From positions 1-64,000 of the forward strand of contig CBDBGZ010000008.1 in NCBI GenBank assembly GCA_965205425.1: 64,000 nt of DNA, in the 5' to 3' direction. This DNA is from Nitrosopumilus sp. GTDB lineage: Archaea; Thermoproteota; Nitrososphaeria; Nitrososphaerales; Nitrosopumilaceae. A program made the position numbers and the translations under genes. Of the stretch, positions 54,827-64,000 are shown piece after piece. The notes below the pieces were generated by a model. It worked only from the letters and a program-made list of their open reading frames with translations, did no database searches and was not told the DNA's origin. How positions within the stretch are numbered: position 1 is the first letter of the stretch; each line of letters opens with the position of its first letter.

Positions 54827-55066
54827 TTGATATCTCATATGAGATACATCGAACCAACTAGAGTCAAGTTTTTGATGATTATGTTTTTTGCAACAGGCTC
54901 TCTTGGTATTGTTATTGGATTATCTCCAGTTGCTGGACCTCAACAGACTATGATAATCACTTTCATGGGTGTGATAAACATTGGATTGGGTGCATTCTTT
55001 GCATTTCTCTATTTAACACAAGTCAAAAAGGATCCCGATAAGAGAAAGAAAAAAAAGAAAAACTGA
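54827..55066 (+). CDS. Small 2-TM membrane protein
   Basis: Two hydrophobic helices and a basic tail; probable ATG at 54839. Confidence 0.75.
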   Translation: MISHMRYIEPTRVKFLMIMFFATGSLGIVIGLSPVAGPQQTMIITFMGVINIGLGAFFAFLYLTQVKKDPDKRKKKKKN

Positions 55067-55153
55067 TTAATCTTCAAAATCTTCCTTGAAAAATAATTTG
55101 AGCATTTCACCCAATTAAAGTATAAATAATAATCCTCTTTCATCAATTCAGAA

Positions 55154-55705
55154 ATGTTAGATTTAGTTGCTAAGAATTTGTTTCTTACAAAGGGTAAAGG
55201 AGTTCATGAGGATAGATTAACTAGTTTTGAATATGCACTTAGAGATGCTGGAATTGCTGGAACTAATCTTGTTTTAATTTCAAGCATATTTCCTCCTAAG
55301 GCAAAATTAATTACTAGAAAAGAAGGATTGAAAAAAATTTCACCTGGACAAATCTTATTTACAATTTATTCTAAAAATCAAACCAATGAACCTCATAGAG
55401 TTTGTTCTGCATCTGTAGGTCTCGCACAACCAAAAGATACCTCTAGATATGGATACTTATCTGAATATGAAGCCTTTGGACAAAATGAAGTTCAGGCAGG
55501 TGATTATGCTGAAGATATTGCAGCGCAAATGCTTGCATCTTCTCTAGGGATTCCTTTTGATGCTGACAAAGCATGGAATGAAAAAAGACAACAGTGGTCT
55601 ATCTCTGGAGAAATTTACAATACTCATAATATTACTTCTGCTACTAAAGGTGACAAGGATGGAAAATGGACTACTGTTTTTGCAGCAGCAGTACTTTTGT
55701 TATAA
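55154..55705 (+). CDS. pdaD: Pyruvoyl-dependent arginine decarboxylase
   Basis: SFEYALRDAGI..NLVLISSIFP self-cleavage motif; GYLSE. Confidence 0.9.
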   Translation: MLDLVAKNLFLTKGKGVHEDRLTSFEYALRDAGIAGTNLVLISSIFPPKAKLITRKEGLKKISPGQILFTIYSKNQTNEPHRVCSASVGLAQPKDTSRYGYLSEYEAFGQNEVQAGDYAEDIAAQMLASSLGIPFDADKAWNEKRQQWSISGEIYNTHNITSATKGDKDGKWTTVFAAAVLLL

Positions 55706-56944
55706 TTATTTTTTATATCCTTTAAGATAAAATATCGCAGCTGCAATTGCAACAATTGTAATTATTATAACTACAATTATTGATTCATCAAATTCCGGTT
55801 TCTCTATTTGTACATTAGTTCCTCCTAGAGAGAATTCTAATTCTTTACCATTCACTGATGTTTCTTTCCCAAAGATGTATTTTCCTTGAATTCTTTGTCC
55901 TTCTTCAGGATCAAAAATCCAACCTTGTTTAGTAATGTCTATGGGAATTTTTTCATTGTCAATTATTTGCGATTCTACTATGTTCCCTTTAACATCTGAA
56001 ACGTTCGTGTTTTCAGGGGATAATACAACAACTTGAATAATTGAATTTAAGGGATAGAATCCTGAAGAGAAATAATTTGATCTGTTGATATTTTCAATAT
56101 TGAAAAACTTCAATGGTGTAATATCTGACATCCCTAATGCCTGATTAGGATAATTTGCTGATAGTTTTAGCTGTAACAATGATTTAGAATCCATTGGTAG
56201 TATTGAAAATGTCATTTTAGCATTTTCATTTGTTGATAAATCTCTTGCAACTTTATAGAATCCTTCTCCGTCTCTAATTATTTTATGAACCAAAAGGGCG
56301 GTGACTTTGTCATACATGGAATCTGTGTCTTCCATTGGTAATGTGTAAACTACTGAAATGATGCCTTTACCTGAAATTACTCCTGATGTTTCTAATGCTG
56401 CATTTGTTTGATCATTTGTATGTACGTACACTGAATGGTATTTTGCATTTGTATCAAACATTTGGTTGATTATATCGATGTATTCGTCCCCAATTTTCCT
56501 TGAATTTTCTTGAATCATAATGATTCCTTTGTCTTCTGGATTTCTTTCAACATTAATCATAATACATGATTCATTTTGAACTCCAAGAACACATTGAACT
56601 TGATTTGTTAAAATCACTGCTTTAATTCTATGATCTTCTCTAATTTTTTGTTCTAATTCTGCAGGAATTTTGATTTCTTGTATGCTAGTACTTTGTAAAG
56701 TAATTGATGCTGTTACATTTTGAGATATGCTTTTGTCAATAACAAGTTGAGCTGTTTCTTGAAATGTGGAATGACTTATTTCTTGACCCCATGCAAAGTT
56801 GGTAGTAATTCCGACTAATGCAATTAATGTTAGAAAAATTATTGTGTTATGCACGAAGTGGACTTTAGAAATGAAATTATTAACTTTTCTCTTCTTTTGT
56901 ACATAGATGATCATTTGATCGTAGTTTTTTTTATTTTTTAACAA
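55706..56944 (-). CDS. Surface hypothetical protein (signal peptide and C-terminal TM anchor)
   Basis: Hydrophobic N- and C-terminal segments; true start probably ~30 codons into the ORF. Confidence 0.75.
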   Translation of the reverse strand: MLKNKKNYDQMIIYVQKKRKVNNFISKVHFVHNTIIFLTLIALVGITTNFAWGQEISHSTFQETAQLVIDKSISQNVTASITLQSTSIQEIKIPAELEQKIREDHRIKAVILTNQVQCVLGVQNESCIMINVERNPEDKGIIMIQENSRKIGDEYIDIINQMFDTNAKYHSVYVHTNDQTNAALETSGVISGKGIISVVYTLPMEDTDSMYDKVTALLVHKIIRDGEGFYKVARDLSTNENAKMTFSILPMDSKSLLQLKLSANYPNQALGMSDITPLKFFNIENINRSNYFSSGFYPLNSIIQVVVLSPENTNVSDVKGNIVESQIIDNEKIPIDITKQGWIFDPEEGQRIQGKYIFGKETSVNGKELEFSLGGTNVQIEKPEFDESIIVVIIITIVAIAAAIFYLKGYKK

Positions 56945-56996
56945 GAATACCTTATCTGGTAACTAATATTCCCATATTTCATGATATTAGGTTGAT

Positions 56997-57569
56997 ATGG
57001 CACTTATTCCATTCCTTGTTGATCTTTTTCTTCATCCAATAATTCAACTAATTGCTGTTTTGAGTGCATTTGGAATTGGATTATTTCAAGGAATTGTTCT
57101 TGGTAGAGCCATTTTGATAAGATTCCCTCGTTTACAAAATCATGTAAAAACTGTTTCAATCACAATGTTTGTTTTATTTTTAATAAACGCAATACTAAGT
57201 GTTCCTCGTTTTGCCTCTCCTGAAAAAATTAGCCTTTCAAATTTATCTGCAAATAGTCCTGGTGAAGTTACATCTGCACTTTTTTTGATTTTTGGAATGA
57301 ATACTGGATTTCTAACTGTACTGGCAATTTCTGTCACGGTGATGAGCTTTGTGGTTTTAAAATTCACCAATCTTAATGGAATAACTAAAGCGTTTGTTTT
57401 TCTTTTTAGTTTATTTATTTTAATATTAACTGGTATCAGTAGATTCACTGATCTAACCCCCACTGCTTTTGAAGTATTATTATATTTCCTTTATCAGTTA
57501 GGAATCACTATTGGGATTTTGATTGGTTCTATTAGAAAGATTAAACCTAAGAAATTGAATTTAAAATAA
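56997..57569 (+). CDS. Polytopic membrane protein
   Basis: About 5 hydrophobic segments. Confidence 0.75.
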   Translation: MALIPFLVDLFLHPIIQLIAVLSAFGIGLFQGIVLGRAILIRFPRLQNHVKTVSITMFVLFLINAILSVPRFASPEKISLSNLSANSPGEVTSALFLIFGMNTGFLTVLAISVTVMSFVVLKFTNLNGITKAFVFLFSLFILILTGISRFTDLTPTAFEVLLYFLYQLGITIGILIGSIRKIKPKKLNLK

Positions 57570-57629
57570 TTTCAAACGTTTAAATCAGATTATTATTGTC
57601 TTGGAATTGACATCGAATTCAAACCGTTC

Positions 57630-57670
57630 GGGGAACACGCCGGCAGTCCATGCGTTGGACTGTCGGCCCC
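57630..57670. other. GC-rich hairpin (terminator or small ncRNA)
   Basis: GCCGGCAGTCCA-TGCGT-TGGACTGTCGGC between convergent genes. Confidence 0.6.
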
Positions 57671-57684
57671 ATTTATTCTAAAAT

Positions 57685-59457
57685 TTAGTTTAATGATGAG
57701 AGTGTGTTTACTTGGTCTTTAACATAGTCAAATCCCTCTTGCCAGAATTTTGGACTCCTAATATCAAAGCCATACTCTGAGAGCAATTTTTCAGGCTTTT
57801 TGGAACCTCCTGCTGCAAGAATGCTAATGTATGCTGGAACAAAGTCTTTTCCTTCTTTTTTGTATCTTTGAAATAGTGACAATGCAAGTAAATTCCCAAA
57901 AGAATATGCGTAACAATAAAACGGTGTATGGTAAAAATGAGGAATACAACTCCATTCTATTGCAAAATCATCTGATAACTCCACTGAATTCCCAAATTGT
58001 ACTTTAAGATTCTTCAAATAGGTTTTTGAGATTTCATCAATTGTAGTTCCGTTCCCAATTTGTTTGTGAGCATCCACTTCAAAGATTGTGAAAAATGATT
58101 GTCTTAGAATTGTCGCATACAAATCATCAATTTTTTCTGAAAGCATAGTCTTTTTTTCGTCATCAGAAATTTTGCTGGATAAATTATCGTATAATAATAA
58201 TTCTGAAAAGGTTGATGCTGTTTCTGCTAAAGGTAATGGTGCATCTTGAACAAGAATTGATCTGTCTTGTGCAGCTTGACTATGAACTGCATGGCCCAAT
58301 TCGTGAGCTAAAGTAAATACATCTCTAGATTTACCTGTAAAATTTACTAAAACATAGGGTGTGATTTTTGGCGTTAGAGTACTACAAAAAGCTCCATCTC
58401 GTTTTCCTTGCCTTACTGCTGAATCTATGTGATTTTCATTGAATACTTTTCGGGCATATTCTTCTAAGGTGCTACTAAATTTCCCAAGTGATTCAAAAAC
58501 CAGTTTGACTGATTTATCGTATGAATAATTTTTCTCTTTAATGTTGGATGCTGCAGGTGCATACAAATCATACCTTCGTAATTTTTTCATTTTTAGCATC
58601 TTTGCTTTTTGAGTGAAAAATTTTTGAAAAATAGGAGAGTTTTTCTTACAAATTGAGAGTAAGGACTCTATAGTTTTATCATCTACATCATTCCCGATAT
58701 TCCTCATAGATATTGGAGATTTGTAACCTCGAATTTCAATACCCTCATCTTTCCAATTAAGAACAATGTTTTGGTATATTTCTCCAACAACTCCTTTATT
58801 TTCAGAATATTTTGAAAGAATTGTTTTGTATGCTGTTTCTCGAATTTTTGGATTTGTACTTCGCACATAATTTGTAAGCTCTTCTCTTGTCATGTTTTTG
58901 GATTTGTTTCCGATTTTCATTTTGTATTCAAAGGAATTAGTAATTTTGTCATACAATTTGACAAGTGCAGAAATTCCAGTTACATCTAATGTGTTTATGA
59001 TCCTCTCTTCAGGTTCACTAAGAGCATATTTTGCAAATAGTCTTTTGTGTGATAGATATTCTCTAATTTCTCCAGTATCTTTCATGAGTCTTTTTGCATT
59101 TTTATCATCAACTTGTGTCTTCCACCACAAATCAAAAAATAAAATCTTGTTTGAAATATCTGAACCAAGTTTTGACATCTTTGTCATTAGAGATGTTGCT
59201 TCGTCTGATTGTGTATCTGATGAATATGCTAATGATGCATATCCTCCAATCTTGCTCATGTTTTCAGAAATTTCTTCAACTTGATTGAGAATATTCATAA
59301 ATTGTTTAGATGACATTTTTGGATTTAATTTTGATTTAATTTTTTCAAACTTGTCTGCTTGTTTTTCTAACACTTGAATCTGTTTTTGAAATGCATGACT
59401 TTTTGGATTCTTTGCTAATTCTGAGAGATCCCATTTACCCGTTTGATACCCTGTCAT
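57685..59457 (-). CDS. pepF: M3B oligoendopeptidase F
   Basis: WDLSEL, GKRDGAFC, HELGH, AETAS and PHFY..FY.Y.Y. Confidence 0.92.
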   Translation of the reverse strand: MTGYQTGKWDLSELAKNPKSHAFQKQIQVLEKQADKFEKIKSKLNPKMSSKQFMNILNQVEEISENMSKIGGYASLAYSSDTQSDEATSLMTKMSKLGSDISNKILFFDLWWKTQVDDKNAKRLMKDTGEIREYLSHKRLFAKYALSEPEERIINTLDVTGISALVKLYDKITNSFEYKMKIGNKSKNMTREELTNYVRSTNPKIRETAYKTILSKYSENKGVVGEIYQNIVLNWKDEGIEIRGYKSPISMRNIGNDVDDKTIESLLSICKKNSPIFQKFFTQKAKMLKMKKLRRYDLYAPAASNIKEKNYSYDKSVKLVFESLGKFSSTLEEYARKVFNENHIDSAVRQGKRDGAFCSTLTPKITPYVLVNFTGKSRDVFTLAHELGHAVHSQAAQDRSILVQDAPLPLAETASTFSELLLYDNLSSKISDDEKKTMLSEKIDDLYATILRQSFFTIFEVDAHKQIGNGTTIDEISKTYLKNLKVQFGNSVELSDDFAIEWSCIPHFYHTPFYCYAYSFGNLLALSLFQRYKKEGKDFVPAYISILAAGGSKKPEKLLSEYGFDIRSPKFWQEGFDYVKDQVNTLSSLN

Positions 59458-59716
59458 GTAATTTTGTTGTTTTGTAACTATTAAAAAATCAATACGTGTT
59501 TTTTTGCATCAATTATATTTTTCATTATTTCTTAGATTAAATTGTAAAATGTTGAAAACCTTGAAATTCAAAGTTTATCCACATTTGATGAATTTTGGAC
59601 AAATTCTACATTTTTAACAAATTTGGTTCTCAGAATAGGCTTGAAATATGTCTCTAAAAAAATCTGCAAATAAGTCGTTTATATAGGAAATCAATAGCAG
59701 AAAATGAGTATTACTC

Positions 59717-60649
59717 ATGGTTTTAGAAATTATTAACGCAGATTCCGCTTGTGGCCGATGTGGAAAAAATTCCATGTTGACTGATAATGTCACTGGAGAA
59801 AGATTCTGTGGAAAATGTGGCTATGTCATTACTGAAACATTACAAGATTCTGGCCCTGAATGGAGATCCTTTTCAAAGGAAGGTGGAGCAGATCCAACTA
59901 GAACTGGAGCTCCAACATCACTTGCAATGCATGATAGAGGATTGGCAACCATTATCAGTCCGATGAACAAAGACTCTTCTGGAAAACCTCTCACCTCTAC
60001 TATGAAGAGTACTATTGAAAGATTAAGAACTTGGGATAGTAGAAGTAAAGTCAATGCATCTTCTGATAAAAATCTCAGACAAGCACTAAGTGAATTATCT
60101 ACGTTAAAAGATAAACTTTCATTATCTGATGCAGTTATTGAAAAAGCATCTTACATTTACAGAAAAGCATTGGAGAAAGGTCTAGTTAAAGGACGTTCCA
60201 TTTCAGCTTTAATTGCAGCATCATTATATGCTGCATGTAGAGACACTGAAACTCCGAGAACTCTAAAAGATGTTTCAGATGCTGGAAATATCAAGAAAAA
60301 AGATATTTCAAGATGTTATAGAATTTTGCATCAAGAATTAGAACTAAAAATGCCTGTAGTTGATCCTGTTCAATGTGTTGCAAGAATTGCAAGCTCTATT
60401 GGAATTACAGAAAAAACAAAACGTTATGCTGTTAAAGTACTCAAAGATGCACAAGCACATGAAGAATCAGCTGGTAAAGATCCTATGGGATTGGCAGCAG
60501 CAGCACTTTACTTATCTTGTGTTAAAAACGGTGAGGATAAAACTCAACGTGATATCGCCGAAGCTGCAAATGTAACTGAAGTAACAATTAGAAATAGATA
60601 CAAAGGTTTGAGATTAGACCAAAATATGGATATGATGGGAGGAAAATAA
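59717..60649 (+). CDS. tfb: Transcription initiation factor B
   Basis: Zn ribbon, GPEWRSF and two cyclin repeats, VTIRNRYK. Confidence 0.97.
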   Translation: MVLEIINADSACGRCGKNSMLTDNVTGERFCGKCGYVITETLQDSGPEWRSFSKEGGADPTRTGAPTSLAMHDRGLATIISPMNKDSSGKPLTSTMKSTIERLRTWDSRSKVNASSDKNLRQALSELSTLKDKLSLSDAVIEKASYIYRKALEKGLVKGRSISALIAASLYAACRDTETPRTLKDVSDAGNIKKKDISRCYRILHQELELKMPVVDPVQCVARIASSIGITEKTKRYAVKVLKDAQAHEESAGKDPMGLAAAALYLSCVKNGEDKTQRDIAEAANVTEVTIRNRYKGLRLDQNMDMMGGK

Positions 60650-60653
60650 GAAA

Positions 60654-61214
60654 ATGACACAAACAAAACCTATAATTGCAATAGTTAATGTGGTAGCTTC
60701 TGCTACAATTGAACAAAAGTTAGATCTTGTAGATATTACTAAAAAATTCCCTGCCGTTGAATATCATCCAGAACAATTCCCTGGTGCTGTATTTAGGCTC
60801 AAAAACCCCAAGACTGCCACACTTCTTTTTGGTTCAGGTAAAATGGTATGTACTGGTGCGAAATCTCAAGAATTGGCAGAAACTGCTGTATTTGAAGTTG
60901 TGAAAATATTACGAAAAGGTAAAATCAAAATTAAAAATGATCCTATAGTTTCAATCCAAAATATTGTATCCTCAATCAATCTTGGAGGTAAAGTAAACCT
61001 GGAGCAAGCTGCTAGAACCCTTCCAAGAAGTATGTATGAGCCAGAACAATTCCCAGGGTTAATTCACAGGATGCTTGACCCTAAAACTGTAATTCTAATT
61101 TTTGCTTCAGGAAAATTGGTATGTGTTGGTGCTAAACTTGAAAAAGATGTTCATCGTTCAGTTAACCAAATTCATGCATTGCTTGAAGAAAAAGGATTAA
61201 TGGTTTACGATTAG
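60654..61214 (+). CDS. tbp: TATA-box binding protein
   Basis: NVVAS..PEQFPG..GKMVCTG repeated twice. Confidence 0.97.
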   Translation: MTQTKPIIAIVNVVASATIEQKLDLVDITKKFPAVEYHPEQFPGAVFRLKNPKTATLLFGSGKMVCTGAKSQELAETAVFEVVKILRKGKIKIKNDPIVSIQNIVSSINLGGKVNLEQAARTLPRSMYEPEQFPGLIHRMLDPKTVILIFASGKLVCVGAKLEKDVHRSVNQIHALLEEKGLMVYD

Positions 61215-61244
61215 AATCATCTATTAAAATTTCAATTTTATTAA

Positions 61245-62077
61245 GGTGATTATCAATTATTCACCACCAACACATAATCTAACAATAATGAGAAAGTGTC
61301 TTCCATCTCTGTTGTTGTATCTCCACTCCATTTCTTTGATGTACAACAAGAATTTATCTGGACTTACACCATGATGCTTTGCCATGTTCTCTTTTGCAAA
61401 ACTCCAAAACCCTTCGATTCCATTTATGTAAACATCGCCTTTGCCAAACATCTTGCTGTGGTCTATTGAGAGATGTTTGTAGCCGTTGAAAATTAGAGAA
61501 TCATATCCTTTACACTTGTCCGTATACACAATGCTTCCTTTCTTTACTTTCTTGATTGTTCCTGCAAGAAGAGTTTTAGCTTTGACATTGTTTACAATCT
61601 CAACGTGAACTTTTCCCTTTCTTTCCAGTATGCCAAATACGATGGTCTTGTTCTTGGCACCTCTGCCACGATTTCCCTTTCTTTTTCCTCCAAAATAGTC
61701 GCCTCGTCAGCCTCAATTTTCCCTTTTAGTTTCTTGTCTGATTCTGCTAGATGATACAGTATGGCATATCTGATGCAATCAAAAGCATTTAGTGCAAGTT
61801 GGATAACTGACATCTGCTTCTCTAGCTGCATGTCTTGCACTAATCCCAATATCAAATAGTTTGACTAGGGCCAACCATTTTGTAAAATTAATGTTGATGA
61901 TATCAAACCATGTTCCAGCAAACGGTCTATAATCTGTCTTGCAATCTTTGCATCTTAGTTTCCCTCTTGAAATAATATAGTAATTCTCAGAGTTACATGA
62001 TGAACAATGAATTGTGTTTTTCTTTTTGAATTGGTTGCAGAGAAATTCCAATGCAGTTGATTTGTTGTGAATTATTT
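61245..62077 (-). mobile_element. IS1595-family IS pseudogene, 5' end removed by ISH3
   Basis: Homologous to 9095-10136 without the MITE. Confidence 0.9.
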
Positions 62078-63394
62078 CAGTACTTGGGAAAGTAACTCAA
62101 TTTAGATCACAAACTAACCATTATTTCATCAGTTAAACAACAAATTTGGATAGAAAAAGCTTGAAGGAGGTGTGCTGCCCCATCAAATATGAATCATAAT
62201 CTTGATTTTGCACACATTAGAAATTCAACAACTCAAGCATTTGCAAATATCGCTAAAATAATGTGCACGACGTTGTCGTTTTCTTGCTCACAAAAAAGTA
62301 ATGCCATATACAATTCAGAGGACATACATCATTTCATTATGGAATGTTGTCTTGGTAACTGCTATTCTGAATCAACTGCAAATAAACTGAAGATAAAAAC
62401 TGAATGTGTAATTCCATCAGGCTCTTGGATTAGAAAGCAGATTGCAAAAATACCACAAGAGAAAATGATTGTTGCATTATCAGATGGAATTGACCAAACA
62501 ATTACACACCTAAAGAATTTGGGAATGCTGAATCATCCTGTAACTGTTGCAATTGACAAGCACTTTATCCCAAGGTATGACAAAACAGATTCACCGTATC
62601 TGGTAAAATCAAGACCAAAAAATGGCACTGATACGTTTGAAGGATATGGAACAATTCAATGTGTAGAGAAATCATGTAGGGCACAAATTGGCTGTACACC
62701 AGTCAGAAAAGGTGACTCCAAAGCAGATATCGTGCGTAAATTACTTGGCGATGTTACCAGAAACAACATTACAACAAAACAAGTTCTGTTGGATAGAGAG
62801 TTTTTCTCAACTGGAACAATTCATGAACTAAAGCAAAACCAACACACATTCATCATGCCGGCAAGAAAGACACCTGGAATCAAAAAGGCAATAATACAAT
62901 ATGTTGAGGGGAACCGTAAATCAATATCAGAGTACAGGATTCATTCAGGGTCTGGTCATGTTGAATCATTTAATCTAGTTATTTTGCTAAACCCAAAACC
63001 TACAAAATCAAAGCCCACAGACCAGTATCTGGTTTTTGCAACAAATATCAAAAGAGCAGAGATATCCCAAGACATTTGGCAAATCCCAGACCAGTATCGC
63101 AGAAGGTGGGGAATAGAGACAGGTTATGCATGCGTTGGTAAGTTCAGACCAAGGACATGCAGTGTTAATCCGTCTGTCAGGTTTTTGTATTTTTTCTATC
63201 CTTTGATTTTGTTTAACGCATGGATTATTGCAAATTGTACGTTGAGAAATATTTGTTCCATCAATCACACAAATCCAATAATTACAATTGAAATTCTCAA
63301 GTGCATCTTTGAAATTATTATTGTTGATTTCTTTAGGAGAATAAAATCAGAATACTATTTGGAAGATGTCAGGTAGTTACTTTCCCAAGTACTG
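62078..63394 (+). mobile_element. ISH3-family IS (second type), intact
   Basis: TIR CAGTACTTGGGAAAGTAACT; transposase 62189..63376; no TSD. Confidence 0.95.
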
Positions 63395-63495
63395 AAGAAT
63401 CATGCAATTCATGTCCGAAATTGGCAAAATTAGACAGCACCGGAACAATCGATAATCTTATAATGGCATTATGAAGTGCAAACTACAATAACAGG

Positions 63496-64000
63496 ATGAA
63501 TATAAAAAACAGAACAAAAACTATTTTGTTTGCTTCTTTGATTGCTATAATGATTCTTCCTTTAGTAGGAATGAATTTGGCATATGCATTTACTGATGAA
63601 TATGTCAAGGCATGGGAAGTGGAAGACAAAAAACTGATGAAAATTCAAGATAAAATCATTGATCTTGAAGATCTATTAAATTCTATAGACTTATCTGATG
63701 AGGAAATTATCCAGATTAATTCCGATATATCGGAGTTAAGGGCAATTGAATCTCAGATAATAAACACAATTGATGAAATACAACAAAAAAGTTATGACTC
63801 TTTCGTTGTTGATGCTGAAACAAAAAAGAATCTTTTGTATGCTGAAAAACTAATCAATGAGAAATACATGGATATTAATTCTGATAAGTATGTAGGATCA
63901 AATCCAGTCAACTTTGTAATTGCTGATTTTCAAGACAAGCAATTGTTTGTATTGATGAGTGATAGTACTACTTATTCATACAATGAAAAATCTTCTGCTA
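63496..64000 (+). CDS. Secreted protein with type-B leader, probably an S1 protease pro-region (runs off window)
   Basis: MNIKNRTKTILFASLIAIMILPLVGM..; open to the window end; resembles the pro-region of 1627..2994. Confidence 0.75.
   Translation, partial: MNIKNRTKTILFASLIAIMILPLVGMNLAYAFTDEYVKAWEVEDKKLMKIQDKIIDLEDLLNSIDLSDEEIIQINSDISELRAIESQIINTIDEIQQKSYDSFVVDAETKKNLLYAEKLINEKYMDINSDKYVGSNPVNFVIADFQDKQLFVLMSDSTTYSYNEKSSA

Noticed and set aside
57625..57672. tmRNA- or tRNA-like gene (GGGGCCGA on the minus strand; CCA on the plus strand)
   Set aside because: Too short and no cloverleaf or T-loop
11019..63268. Many short antisense or overlapping ORFs in the track (e.g. 11019..11465, 43620..43979, 58892..59284)
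   Set aside because: Shadows of well-supported genes, with no recognisable motifs
1..64000. Canonical CRISPR array or cas genes
   Set aside because: No run of three or more repeats with unique spacers and no Cas-like ORF; the 21-bp repeats at 3160 have no spacers

Overview
AT-rich archaeal DNA, most consistent with a Nitrosopumilaceae (Thaumarchaeota/Nitrososphaeria) chromosome; this is inferred from the tfb-tbp pair, pdaD, Lrp/AsnC-domain proteins and an archaeal-type tRNA-Thr. Positions 1-52 kb are a heavily IS-invaded accessory region (ISH3, IS481, IS110, IS630, IS1595, IS6-like and IS5/IS982-like elements plus several MITEs). It carries defence modules: an OLD nuclease; a C5 methyltransferase beside a MORC/GHKL-histidine kinase and a REC-HEPN protein; type III R-M; a DUF1156 methyltransferase; and a PIN/OB-fold/ParB-like/SNF2/DUF3883 operon. 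It also carries a family of secreted proteins, including S1 proteases with overlapping partner genes, that share interchangeable N-terminal leaders. Positions 52-61.2 kb are core genome (DEAD-box helicase, DsbA, tRNA-Thr, pdaD, oligoendopeptidase F, TFB, TBP), and a further IS-rich island starts at 61.2 kb. The best candidates for undescribed biology are a two-component-gated HEPN defence module, the leader-swapping secreted effector/partner family, archaeal IS110 bridge-RNA loci whose guide segments match their own flanks, two CRISPR-sized duplication-plus-insert scars, and a dispersed 47-bp palindromic element. All family assignments come from motifs read by eye; no database searches were run.
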